DNA of 64,000 nucleotides, from NCBI GenBank assembly GCA_003598015.1, contig QZKE01000006.1, forward strand, positions 3,188-67,187, given 5' to 3'. How positions within the stretch are numbered: the stretch's first letter is position 1; the number at the start of each line of letters is the position of its first letter. Both the position numbers and the translations under genes were made by a program. This document shows, piece by piece, positions 37,196 to 45,841 of this stretch. The DNA is from Actinomycetota bacterium. Lineage in GTDB: Bacteria > Actinomycetota > Geothermincolia > Geothermincolales > RBG-13-55-18. The notes under the pieces are model-generated. The model was not told where the DNA came from, did not search any database, and worked only from the letters and a program-made list of their open reading frames with translations.

Positions 37196-38310
37196 ATCCT
37201 GCGGAGATACCCTTCCTTGACCTGTCCCGGCAGAACGAGGAACTGGCAGGCGAGTTCGCGGCGGCATTCTCCCGTTTCATGCAGGAGGGTAACTTTATCC
37301 TCGGCCCCGAGGTCGCATCCCTGGAGGAGGAGTTCACAGCGTATTGCGGAGCCACCGCGGGAGTAGGCGTGGCATCGGGAACCGATGCCCTGCTGCTCTC
37401 CCTCAAGGCCCTGGGGATCGAGCCGGGTGACGAGGTCATCACCGCCGCTCTCTCGGCACCTCCCACCGCCGTGGCCATCTCCCTTGCCGGCGCGCAGCCC
37501 GTTTTCGCCGATATAGACCCGGTATCGCGCTGTCTCTCACCGCATGCCTTGAGGGAGAAGGTTTCCGGGCGCACGCGCTGCGCGGTAGTCGTACATCTCT
37601 ACGGGCGCATGGCGGACATGCCTGAGATCGCGGGTATCGCGGAAGAATGCGGGCTCGCCCTCATCGAGGACTGCGCCCAGGCTCACGGAGCTTCCCTGCT
37701 CGGCAGGGCGGCGGGCACGTGGGGACAGGCGGGCTGCTACAGCTTTTATCCCACCAAGAACCTGGGAGCATACGGCGATGGCGGAATGGTCGTGACCGGT
37801 GACGATGACCTGGCAAGCCACCTGCGCAGCCTGCGCGATTACGGCCGCACGGATCGCGACCGCCTGGGCGAGATCGGCTTCAACAGCCGGCTGGATGAAC
37901 TACAGGCCGCGTTCCTGCGCATCAAACTCGTGCGACTTGAAGCCTGGAACCGGCGCCGGCGCGAACTGGCCCGGCGTTATCTGGAAGGACTAGCCGGATT
38001 GCCGCTGGGGCTGCCGGATTGGGACGGCGAGCGCAACCACTGTTTCCATCTCTTCGTCGTGGAATACGAGGAGCGTGATGACCTCCGCATTCACCTGGCA
38101 AAACGGGGCATTCAGACCGCCGTCCACTATCCGGTCCCCCTGCATTTGCAGGAGCCTTACCTTGCGGGGGGCCTGCCTTCATGCTCATGCCCCGCCGCGG
38201 AAAGGACCGCGAGGCGCGTCCTGTCCCTGCCCCTCTATCCTCACCTGAGCGATGAAGAACAGGACCGGATCATAGAGGCGATCATCTCCTTCTTCCGCGC
38301 TTTGGCTTGA
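37192..38310 (+). CDS. DegT/DnrJ/EryC1/StrS-family PLP-dependent sugar aminotransferase
   Basis: IPFLDLSRQ, GTDALLLSLKALG, SFYPTKNLGAYGDGG. The GTG start overlaps the upstream stop (GTGA). Confidence 0.9.
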   Translation: MNPAEIPFLDLSRQNEELAGEFAAAFSRFMQEGNFILGPEVASLEEEFTAYCGATAGVGVASGTDALLLSLKALGIEPGDEVITAALSAPPTAVAISLAGAQPVFADIDPVSRCLSPHALREKVSGRTRCAVVVHLYGRMADMPEIAGIAEECGLALIEDCAQAHGASLLGRAAGTWGQAGCYSFYPTKNLGAYGDGGMVVTGDDDLASHLRSLRDYGRTDRDRLGEIGFNSRLDELQAAFLRIKLVRLEAWNRRRRELARRYLEGLAGLPLGLPDWDGERNHCFHLFVVEYEERDDLRIHLAKRGIQTAVHYPVPLHLQEPYLAGGLPSCSCPAAERTARRVLSLPLYPHLSDEEQDRIIEAIISFFRALA

Positions 38311-38318
38311 AGCCCCGG

Positions 38319-38837
38319 TTATAGCCGGGTCGTAAGGCGCTTGCAGTCCATCTTGCGCGGCTGCGGTTCATCACGCGTGGCGTACCCCACCGGGATGAGC
38401 GCCATGGGACGCAGGTCTTTCACCAGGCGCAGGGCTTGCACTACGTCCTTTTCCCTGAAGGCACCCACCCAGCACGTTCCCAACCCCAGTGCTGTCGCCG
38501 CCAGCAGCAGGTTCTCGATGGCCGCCGCCGTGTCCTGGATCGAGTACAACTCCACGCCACGCTGGCCATAGCTGAGAGAATGCGCGGCCAGGTCCGCGCA
38601 TACCACGATGACTACCGGCGCCTCGGCCAGGAATCCCTGGCCCAATGCCGCCGCGACCAGCTCTCTCTTCATCTCCACATCACGGACCACGATGAAGCGC
38701 CACGGCTGAACGTTGCCTGCCGAGGGCGCCTGGCAGGCACAGCGCAGAAGTTCCTCCACCATCTCATCCGGCACATCCCCGGCGGGGTCGAAGGAGCGCA
38801 CGCTGCGCCGTTTCTCCATGGCTTCGAAGACATCCAT
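38319..38837 (-). CDS. Nitroreductase-family protein
   Basis: RRSVRSF...APSAGNVQPWRFIVV. Confidence 0.88.
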   Translation of the reverse strand: MDVFEAMEKRRSVRSFDPAGDVPDEMVEELLRCACQAPSAGNVQPWRFIVVRDVEMKRELVAAALGQGFLAEAPVVIVVCADLAAHSLSYGQRGVELYSIQDTAAAIENLLLAATALGLGTCWVGAFREKDVVQALRLVKDLRPMALIPVGYATRDEPQPRKMDCKRLTTRL

Positions 38838-38854
38838 ACGCGCCCTCCCTCGCC

Positions 38855-39802
38855 TTACACCAGGTCCGCATACGCTGGTATGCCCGCTACGGATGCAGCG
38901 TGCATAACCGCGTTGCGCACCGCCTGTGACATGATAACCGCGCCGACTACGCCTATCGCGTCAGCCGGGGCCTCCACCTGGCCGGTGGCCGCAGCGAAAA
39001 TTAGGTCGCCGTCGAGCTTGGTGTGGCAGGGCGTAATAGCCCTGGCGAAGCCATTGTGCCCCCTCTGCGCCACCCAGTTGACATCCGTCTTGGAGAGCCT
39101 GGCGTTGGTCACGATCACTCCCAGGGTGGTGTTGGTAAGGGGCGGAGGCTCGCCGGCCACATTGAGCATGTTACCGATACACTTCTCCGTACACGCGAAA
39201 CCCCCTTCGGCCAGGCGAGCGCCGGCGATGACCTCACCCCTTTCATCCACGACGTCGCCGAAGGCGTTGACCACCACCAGGGCGAATACCTTGACGCCAC
39301 CCGCCTCGAACCAGGCACACCCGATGCCGCTCTTGGTGCAGTTGGCGGGCCCCAACATCATCCCTACGCTGGCGCCCATACCCGCTCCCAGGTTACCCTG
39401 GCGTGTTATTTCTTCCGTGGCTTCCAGGCAGGCACGGTAGCCCATCTCCGCGTCCGGACGTGCCGTGGAGTCCCCTACTCCCAGGTCGAAGATGACGCCG
39501 GCGGGGACGATGGGTACGCGCGCGACCCCCGTCTCGAAGCCGATACCATGTTCCTCGAGGTAGCGCACGACCCCTATCGTGGAAGCCAGGCCGAACGCGC
39601 TGCCCCCTGAGAGGACGAAGGCATGAACCTCCTCCACCAGGTTAACCGGGTTCAGCAGGTCTGTTTCCCGCGTTCCGGGCGCTCCACCACGTACGTCCAC
39701 TCCGCCCTTAGCCCCCGGCGGCAGCAACACAACGCTACATCCGGTCAGGCCAGCTTCGTCCTGGGCGTGCCCCACCTTGACCCCATCGATCCTGAAGGCC
39801 AT
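38855..39802 (-). CDS. P1/S58-family (DmpA-like) aminopeptidase
   Basis: GLTGCSVVL...GGAPGTRETDLL...VLSGGSAFGL. ATG at 39802 directly follows GGGAGGAGGT. The track start is 39895. Confidence 0.85.
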   Translation of the reverse strand: MAFRIDGVKVGHAQDEAGLTGCSVVLLPPGAKGGVDVRGGAPGTRETDLLNPVNLVEEVHAFVLSGGSAFGLASTIGVVRYLEEHGIGFETGVARVPIVPAGVIFDLGVGDSTARPDAEMGYRACLEATEEITRQGNLGAGMGASVGMMLGPANCTKSGIGCAWFEAGGVKVFALVVVNAFGDVVDERGEVIAGARLAEGGFACTEKCIGNMLNVAGEPPPLTNTTLGVIVTNARLSKTDVNWVAQRGHNGFARAITPCHTKLDGDLIFAAATGQVEAPADAIGVVGAVIMSQAVRNAVMHAASVAGIPAYADLV

Positions 39803-39949
39803 ACCTCCTCCCTTCTTGCCGCTCTTCCCGCGAAGCCGCTGGTGCGGCAGATCAGGGGACTGGAACCCTTCATCGCTCGAGAAGGGCTCCACCATCCATC
39901 TTCACCCACTGTCCCGCGCATGGGATGGAATCGTTCTTCCCATCTTTCT

Positions 39950-40960
39950 TCAGCGCCCGAAGCATGCCTCGAGGAAGGCGTCCATTTCCACGTTGAACTC
40001 CTCGGTGCGCTCCAGGTGCGTCGAGTGGCCGGCGTCTTCATAGACCACCAGGCGGGCGTCGGGAAGCACTGCGCATGTCCGGCGGTTAACCTTGTCGCTG
40101 GTGAGTTTATCTTTCGTCCCCACGAACATGATGACGGGGACATCCACATCGGGCAGGTGTTCCTCGACGTGATAATCGAAACACGCCTTGGCCGCCAGGG
40201 ACGTCACCGGTACCGGGGTCGAAAAAGTCATCTCACGCTGCAGCTCCACTTCATCCGCCGGAGGTTTCTTGCCGAAGGCGGCCCAGCGGCAAATGAGATA
40301 GGCGAACGATGTATTGCTCAGCATCTTCCTCGCCATCTCCACCAGGCGGTTCTGCCGCCCTCCCATGACCAGGAAAGGCGAGAGCGGATAGGGATAGAGC
40401 CGGCTGACCAGGCTACTCATGTATATACCCTGCAGGACATCGGTGCCGGTCGAATCGATGATCATCATCCCCTTGAGCCTGCCGCGGTACTCCTCCCCGA
40501 AATGCTCGTGGAACTTGAAGGAGGTGAAACCACCCATGCTGTGCCCGGCGACGACGAACTCCTCCGGATCGAAGGCATCCACCACCGCTTTGAGGTCCTC
40601 CGCCAGGCGGTCAATGCTGAAATCCCCGCTGAGGGGCACGGCGGACTTGCCGTGCCCCCGCTGATCCATGGAGACCACCCGGTAGCGGTCGCACAGATGG
40701 GACATCTGGTGCCGGAAGATGGTGTGATTACATGTCCAGCCGTGCGCGAAGAAGACGGTAGGGCCGGCATCTCCACAATACTCTACATGCAAGGCAGTGC
40801 CGTCTCGCGACGTTATTCCCTCCCTGACCTCCCTGCCCGCGGTACAGCGGGGATCCCGGGCACTTCCTTCTGACCTGAGATGGTCGAGACGCCGCACGAT
40901 AGCCGGGGTCGCCAGTATCCCCAATGATATGACGGCGGCTCCCACCGTGTATTTCTTCAC
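39950..40960 (-). CDS. Alpha/beta hydrolase with N-terminal membrane anchor/signal
   Basis: HGWTCN..., nucleophile elbow GHSMGG. GTG at 40960 with AAGGAG 6 nt upstream is preferred. The track start is 40993. Confidence 0.8.
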   Translation of the reverse strand: MKKYTVGAAVISLGILATPAIVRRLDHLRSEGSARDPRCTAGREVREGITSRDGTALHVEYCGDAGPTVFFAHGWTCNHTIFRHQMSHLCDRYRVVSMDQRGHGKSAVPLSGDFSIDRLAEDLKAVVDAFDPEEFVVAGHSMGGFTSFKFHEHFGEEYRGRLKGMMIIDSTGTDVLQGIYMSSLVSRLYPYPLSPFLVMGGRQNRLVEMARKMLSNTSFAYLICRWAAFGKKPPADEVELQREMTFSTPVPVTSLAAKACFDYHVEEHLPDVDVPVIMFVGTKDKLTSDKVNRRTCAVLPDARLVVYEDAGHSTHLERTEEFNVEMDAFLEACFGR

Positions 40961-40994
40961 TGCCGCTCCTTTCCGTTCTACCGCACCCTGCACG

Positions 40995-42515
40995 CTAATC
41001 GCCGAACCGGATGATGTCCTCTGCGAACCTCAGGGCATCCTCCCTGTTCTTCAACGCGCCCTCCAGCTGTGCGACACGCACTTCCTTGAGTATCTCACCG
41101 ACGGCCGGTCCCTCCGGCAAGCCCAGTTCCTCCAGGAGATCGCGCCCGCCGATGAGGGGAGGTACGTCCATTTCCCGCCAGTATGCCTCCAACAGCCGGT
41201 TGCAGACCGCCACGTAATCCTCCAATTCCTCCGATGTCGAGAGTGGCCCGCGGGTGGCAAAACGGTCCGCCGTGGAAAGCAGGACCACGTCGACCAGCTC
41301 ATCCCCCAGCCTGGAGACGATCTTCCTGAGCTGCCGGTCCGAGATGCGCTGCGAGTCGGCCAGTCCAATATCCATGTGCTTCCCCACCGTATTGAACAGG
41401 TAATCGCTGGCCCTGCGTGAGAGGCGCAGCCGCTCCGCCAGGGCTTGTACCGCATCCTGGCTGTGCTTCTGATGGGAATAGAAGTGGATGCGCCCCGATG
41501 CGTCGCGCGTTACGGTACTGGCCTTTCCCACGTCGTGGTAGAGGGCGGCAAGGCGCAGAAAGGAGCTGCGGGGTTGCAGATCCTGTAGGGTCCGGCACAT
41601 CCATTCCGCGATCCTTCCGGCGTAAAGAGGAAAGGCATCGCCCGCGTCGGCAAGCAGGCGGTCGAGTTCCTCGAGTGTGAGAAGGGTGTGAGACCATACA
41701 TCCAGATGGTGGTAGGCGTTCTGCTCCAGGCCCACCGTGTCGGTAAGGTCGGGAAAGACATATTGCAGCAGACCGGTCGATTCCAGCTCAGCAAATATGC
41801 GGGAGGTGTGCGGTGAGAGCAGGGTCTCCATCAGCTCCACGGTTATGCGCTCTCCCGGGACCTTGGTAATGAGAGAAGCGTACTTCTTCATATGGTTCAG
41901 GGTGCGTTCCTCGTATTCCAGCCCCAGCATGTGGCGGAAGCGCATAGCCCGCACCAGGCGCACCGGGTCCAAGAGGAAGGACTCGTTGGAGCACTCCCGC
42001 AGGATACCGCGGGAGAGATCGCGCCAACCATAATGCTTGTCTATGAGATCGCGCGGCAACCGCAATTCCTCCTGCGCCAACCTGTCGACTTCGACCGCCA
42101 TGGCGTTTATGGTGAAGTCCCGATAGGAGAGGTCTTCCTCCACGCTCATGCCCTTGATGGGGGAGAGGTCGAGGGTTCGCCGCCGCTCGCCTTTATCGAT
42201 GACCACCCGAAAGGTCCTCTCCTCTTCGTGGAGACAGAACTCCTTTCCCTTCCAGCGCACAGCCACTTCCACGGCAACTGCTTCGGGATCCGCGGAGGTG
42301 ATGAAGTCGATATCCTCGGGCACCTCGCCCAGGAAATAGTCTCTCAAGTAGCCGCCAACCAGGTATATCTCGCCCAGTCCCAGGGAAGCCAGGCAGGAAA
42401 GAAGGGCGCCCAGGAATGGGTCTGCGCGGTCGATGTCCTCGAGGGTCAGCCTGTTGGGCAGGGTGCTCAACCTTCCTCCTTGCGTTTCTTGCATGGCCGG
42501 TATCCGCGCCAACAT
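40995..42515 (-). CDS. cca: CCA-adding tRNA nucleotidyltransferase with HD domain
   Basis: YLVGGYLRDYFLG...DIDF, RDFTINA, HD region HDVGK. An alternative TTG start at 42467 follows AAGGAGGAAGG. Confidence 0.88.
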   Translation of the reverse strand: MLARIPAMQETQGGRLSTLPNRLTLEDIDRADPFLGALLSCLASLGLGEIYLVGGYLRDYFLGEVPEDIDFITSADPEAVAVEVAVRWKGKEFCLHEEERTFRVVIDKGERRRTLDLSPIKGMSVEEDLSYRDFTINAMAVEVDRLAQEELRLPRDLIDKHYGWRDLSRGILRECSNESFLLDPVRLVRAMRFRHMLGLEYEERTLNHMKKYASLITKVPGERITVELMETLLSPHTSRIFAELESTGLLQYVFPDLTDTVGLEQNAYHHLDVWSHTLLTLEELDRLLADAGDAFPLYAGRIAEWMCRTLQDLQPRSSFLRLAALYHDVGKASTVTRDASGRIHFYSHQKHSQDAVQALAERLRLSRRASDYLFNTVGKHMDIGLADSQRISDRQLRKIVSRLGDELVDVVLLSTADRFATRGPLSTSEELEDYVAVCNRLLEAYWREMDVPPLIGGRDLLEELGLPEGPAVGEILKEVRVAQLEGALKNREDALRFAEDIIRFGD

Positions 42516-43184
42516 TATAGCTCATGGAGAGGGCCGTTCTGAGCGGAGCATGTCAACAGAGCGAGACCGTTGCACGGAGTACACCGTCCAGCCTGGGTGT
42601 TATGTAATGGGATCTGGGGTCAGATCTTGGCATTTCGCCACCCACCCTTGCAATAGAAGAGACCTGCGGCGGGCGAAACGCAACACCTGACCCACACCCT
42701 ACGGGGAAAAGAACGCACGGGCGCGGGCAGGCGAACGCGCTTGGGCATAGACTGTATAGAAATCACTGCCTGGGAACTGCGGGGTCGGTCCGAGCGACGG
42801 GCCGATAGGCGCCGCACGGGCATATCCACAGCGATGGGAGAGACGATTACGCCCGGGTGTCACCCTGTTATTAAACCATTGGCCCGACGCCGCCGGTGTG
42901 CGGGCACGGCCTCCATCTCCGCCGCCCCCAGCCCGGGGAATTACCATGTCGGGCGAGCGGAGTTATCGCGCCATGTGGTGGCTCAGGGCTTGATAAGCAC
43001 TGAGCCAGCCCGAGAACTATGGGGTTGGTCGCAGCGGGTACGCGCAAGTGAAGATGAGGTCTCTTCCTCCTATCCCGCGTATTGCGCGCCGAGCGAGACC
43101 ATTACCCCAAGGCTCGGGCCGAAAGTACAACCAGGGCCGGTTGAAGAATCGGAGCGAAGACCGTTACCCCCAGGCCCAGGCACA

Positions 43185-43604
43185 CTAATCCCGCGTCCAG
43201 TATACGCGGGCGAAATCGGAGTGATGCTGCCACTGTATGTCCAGGTGGCCGGAGTATGCTTTCTCGAACTCCTTTCCCAGCCGCTCGGCCAGAACGCGAT
43301 CGGTTGTCTCTATGACGATCTCGTCTCTGCTCTCCTCGATATGATAGATGCGGGCGGCGATATTCTTGTGCAGTTTCTTCTGCGCGACACTGCGTATGAG
43401 GTTCTTCGCTTCCTCTCTATGTGTATTAAGGAAGTCCCCCCTGAGATAGACCACACCGTCAACTTGACCTTTTGCTACTCTCTCACAACCCGGGCACAGG
43501 TGTTTCTCCCACCCGTTGCGCTTCATCGCCTTGGCCCTGGCCGCTTCGTCGAATTCCCACTTCTGGTCGATACAAACGGCATAGCAGGAAGGACATATCT
43601 TCAT
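43185..43604 (-). CDS. Small CxxC...CxxC zinc-ribbon protein, function unknown
   Basis: 139 aa. MKICPSC...LCPGC followed by an alpha/beta domain. No catalytic motif recognised. Confidence 0.7.
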   Translation of the reverse strand: MKICPSCYAVCIDQKWEFDEAARAKAMKRNGWEKHLCPGCERVAKGQVDGVVYLRGDFLNTHREEAKNLIRSVAQKKLHKNIAARIYHIEESRDEIVIETTDRVLAERLGKEFEKAYSGHLDIQWQHHSDFARVYWTRD

Positions 43605-43636
43605 AATCCTATTCCTCCTTCAGGCTCTCAGGAGAC

Positions 43637-44203
43637 TCAACCGACCATCAGGATCTTGTGCATCGACCCATATACCACCTCCAATAATTCCTCTCTTTGT
43701 CCGGGGTTCAGACCATATACGGATACGTCTTTTCTGGACAGGATATCCTCGGTGAACGCATCGTTCCCGGCATGCACGGTCGCCACCAGCGGTACAGGCA
43801 GAACCAGGAGCTCCAGCAGGGTGGAGCGAAAAGTAGAGGAGAATAACTCCATGCGACCTATCTCGTCCACAACCAGCAGATCGGCTTCCTTCTTTCCTAT
43901 CTCCAAAGCCGGTAAAGCGATGCTCTCGAAGGCCACTATATCGATGCCGTACTTGCTCACCCTGGGTTTTCCCTTGCGCTGTACATGCGCCAGTATCGCT
44001 CTGCTTCCCCCCAGGTCCCGCACCTCGAATCCGGCCCTATTGGGGCCCTCTCTTATCTCCTCGGTTACGAAGCCCCCCGCCTTGAACCCGCAGCCGGCCA
44101 GCCTTTCCACCAGCTCTACCACCAGGGTGGTCTTTCCGCTTCCGGGCCTGCCGTTCACCAGGATATTGTTGGGCATCTGCCCCCGATCTTCATGTGCCGC
44201 CAT
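43637..44203 (-). CDS. THEP1-type nucleoside-triphosphatase (PF03266-like)
   Basis: GRPGSGKTT, GFVTEEIRE...RAGFEV, KYGIDIVAFE, VVDEIGRMELFS. Co-linear with Aquifex THEP1. Confidence 0.85.
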   Translation of the reverse strand: MAAHEDRGQMPNNILVNGRPGSGKTTLVVELVERLAGCGFKAGGFVTEEIREGPNRAGFEVRDLGGSRAILAHVQRKGKPRVSKYGIDIVAFESIALPALEIGKKEADLLVVDEIGRMELFSSTFRSTLLELLVLPVPLVATVHAGNDAFTEDILSRKDVSVYGLNPGQREELLEVVYGSMHKILMVG

Positions 44204-44238
44204 CCGGCTCTTACTATAAATCTACCCCCATCATCCGT

Positions 44239-45372
44239 TTATAAACGGTTCAGATATATGCGTGGGACGCGCTTTCCCAGGTCGCACACGACTTCGTAAT
44301 TTATTGTCTCGAGTAATGCGGCCATGCGCTCTACCCCTACCTCCTCCATCCCGTACCCGCCTATGACCGTTACCTCAATGCCCGGTTCGTACACGTCATC
44401 CCCCAGGTCGACCATGCACAGGTCCATGCACACGGTACCCACTTGTGCATAACGCCTGCCCGCGATTATCACTTCCCAGCGGTTGGAGAGAGCGCGTGCC
44501 AGGCCGTCTGCATAACCGACGGGCAGGACAGCGATAGAGGTATCGCGCTCGCAGCGGTGGGTGAGACCATAGCTCAGACCCTCCCCCCGGCAGGCGCGGA
44601 AGACATGGCTGATGCTGGTCTTGAGGGAGACCGCCGGCCTCAGATCCAGGCTGCCAGCGAACTCAGCGCCGGGCAGGAGACCGTACATGGCGATACCCAG
44701 GCGGATCATCTCCATGCGGGACTCCGGCAAAGATATCGCAGCTCCCGAGGCGGCGGCATGGCGTACGGGTATCTCGAGTCCCGTATCCCGTACTTCCCGC
44801 AGGACATCATCGAAGGTCTTCATCTGCCGTGTGGTAAAAGGATCGCCGGGAACCGAGGCGTTGGCCAGATGTGTATATATCCCCTCCAGCGAAAGCCCGG
44901 GCAGCAAGGATAATTCCCGCGCCAGGACCACGGTTTCTTCCGGGGTCATCCCTACCCGGTGCATGCCGGTGTCCACCTTGAGGTGCACGGAGACATCTCT
45001 CCCTCCCGCCACGCATGCCTGTGAGAGGGAGCGGGCGTAATCCAGTGTATAGACGGTGGGGGTCAGGCCCAGTTCCACCACCCTCCGGGCCGCGGCGGGG
45101 GGAGGTTCAAAGAGCAGGTGTACGGGAGCCTGCAGGCCCGCGGCCCGCAGCTCCTCTCCCTCCTCTACGAGCGCCACACCCAGGCGGCTGGCTCCTGCCT
45201 GCAAAGCGGCGCGCGCAGTCTCCACCGCGCCGTGACCGTAGCCGTCGGCCTTGACCACGGCCATGACCTCGCAGGAGGGCCCAACCAACTCCACGTAAAG
45301 CCGTACATTATGCCGTATGCACTCCAGGTCCACCTCCGCCCGCGTGGGGCGCCAGGTGCCTCTTTCAACCAT
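44239..45372 (-). CDS. alr: Alanine racemase
   Basis: VVKADGYGHG PLP-lysine motif. 377 aa. Confidence 0.93.
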   Translation of the reverse strand: MVERGTWRPTRAEVDLECIRHNVRLYVELVGPSCEVMAVVKADGYGHGAVETARAALQAGASRLGVALVEEGEELRAAGLQAPVHLLFEPPPAAARRVVELGLTPTVYTLDYARSLSQACVAGGRDVSVHLKVDTGMHRVGMTPEETVVLARELSLLPGLSLEGIYTHLANASVPGDPFTTRQMKTFDDVLREVRDTGLEIPVRHAAASGAAISLPESRMEMIRLGIAMYGLLPGAEFAGSLDLRPAVSLKTSISHVFRACRGEGLSYGLTHRCERDTSIAVLPVGYADGLARALSNRWEVIIAGRRYAQVGTVCMDLCMVDLGDDVYEPGIEVTVIGGYGMEEVGVERMAALLETINYEVVCDLGKRVPRIYLNRL

Positions 45373-45379
45373 GGCGGGT

Positions 45380-45841
45380 TCAGCCCCCGATCAGGGTTTT
45401 CAGGATATCCGCCCGCGTTATCAGGCCCAGGAGTCTGGTTTCCTCGATCACCAGCACGTACTCGAGATCCTTGTCGTTCATGAGTGTGGCCACTTTCTCC
45501 ACGCTGTCCAGGGGATTCACCGCACGGTAGTCTTTTTCCATGACATCACGGGCTACCGAGCCCACGGCCTGACGCAGCTCTTTTTCGAAGCGGTTCAGAG
45601 AGGAGGGCAACATGATATAGCTGTCCAGGAAGTGGATGAATGAGGGAAAATGTATCTTGGCATCCTGATGCACCAGATCCTCCTCGTCGACTACACCCAG
45701 TACCTCGCCCTCCTCGTTCACAACCGGCAGGCAGCGGATACGCCTGTCCAGCATGATCTGGGCGATATCTTTGACCGGGGTCTCCGGCCTCACCGTCATG
45801 GGATCCTGGCTCATTATCTCGCGTGCTGATTTCACCTTCAC
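45380..45841 (-). CDS. CBS-domain pair protein
   Basis: 153 aa with two CBS repeats. The GTG start overlaps the nnr stop. Confidence 0.85.
   Translation of the reverse strand: MKVKSAREIMSQDPMTVRPETPVKDIAQIMLDRRIRCLPVVNEEGEVLGVVDEEDLVHQDAKIHFPSFIHFLDSYIMLPSSLNRFEKELRQAVGSVARDVMEKDYRAVNPLDSVEKVATLMNDKDLEYVLVIEETRLLGLITRADILKTLIGG

Noticed and set aside
35984-37267. 427-aa minus-strand ORF, plus 35344-36072 and 36966-37574
   Set aside because: Antisense to the GT2 domain, SDR and DegT genes, which have strong family motifs on the plus strand.
38436-40873. Plus-strand ORFs 38436-39440 (334 aa) and 39623-40873 (416 aa)
   Set aside because: Antisense to the nitroreductase, P1 peptidase and alpha/beta hydrolase genes. 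They have no motifs and an Arg/Pro/His-rich composition.
42514-42560. TTGACA ... TATAAT pair next to the cca start
   Set aside because: The hexamers are 31 nt apart and the TATAAT overlaps the annotated ATG, so this is not a functional sigma70 geometry. It only hints that the cca start may be downstream (42467).
42516-43184. RNase P RNA, tmRNA, SRP RNA or a cobalamin riboswitch in the long gap
   Set aside because: Both strands lack the diagnostic elements. There is no GAGGAAAGTCCGGGC / ACAGAACCCGGCTTA, no GGTTCGATTCC acceptor-like 3' end or tag ORF, no CAGGTCCGGAAGGAAGCAGC, and no B12 box. The gap is kept only as an unexplained region.
42741-44219. 492-aa plus-strand ORF
   Set aside because: Its 3' two-thirds is antisense to the zinc-ribbon and THEP1 genes. 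Its 5' third covers the non-coding gap with a nonsense-like sequence.
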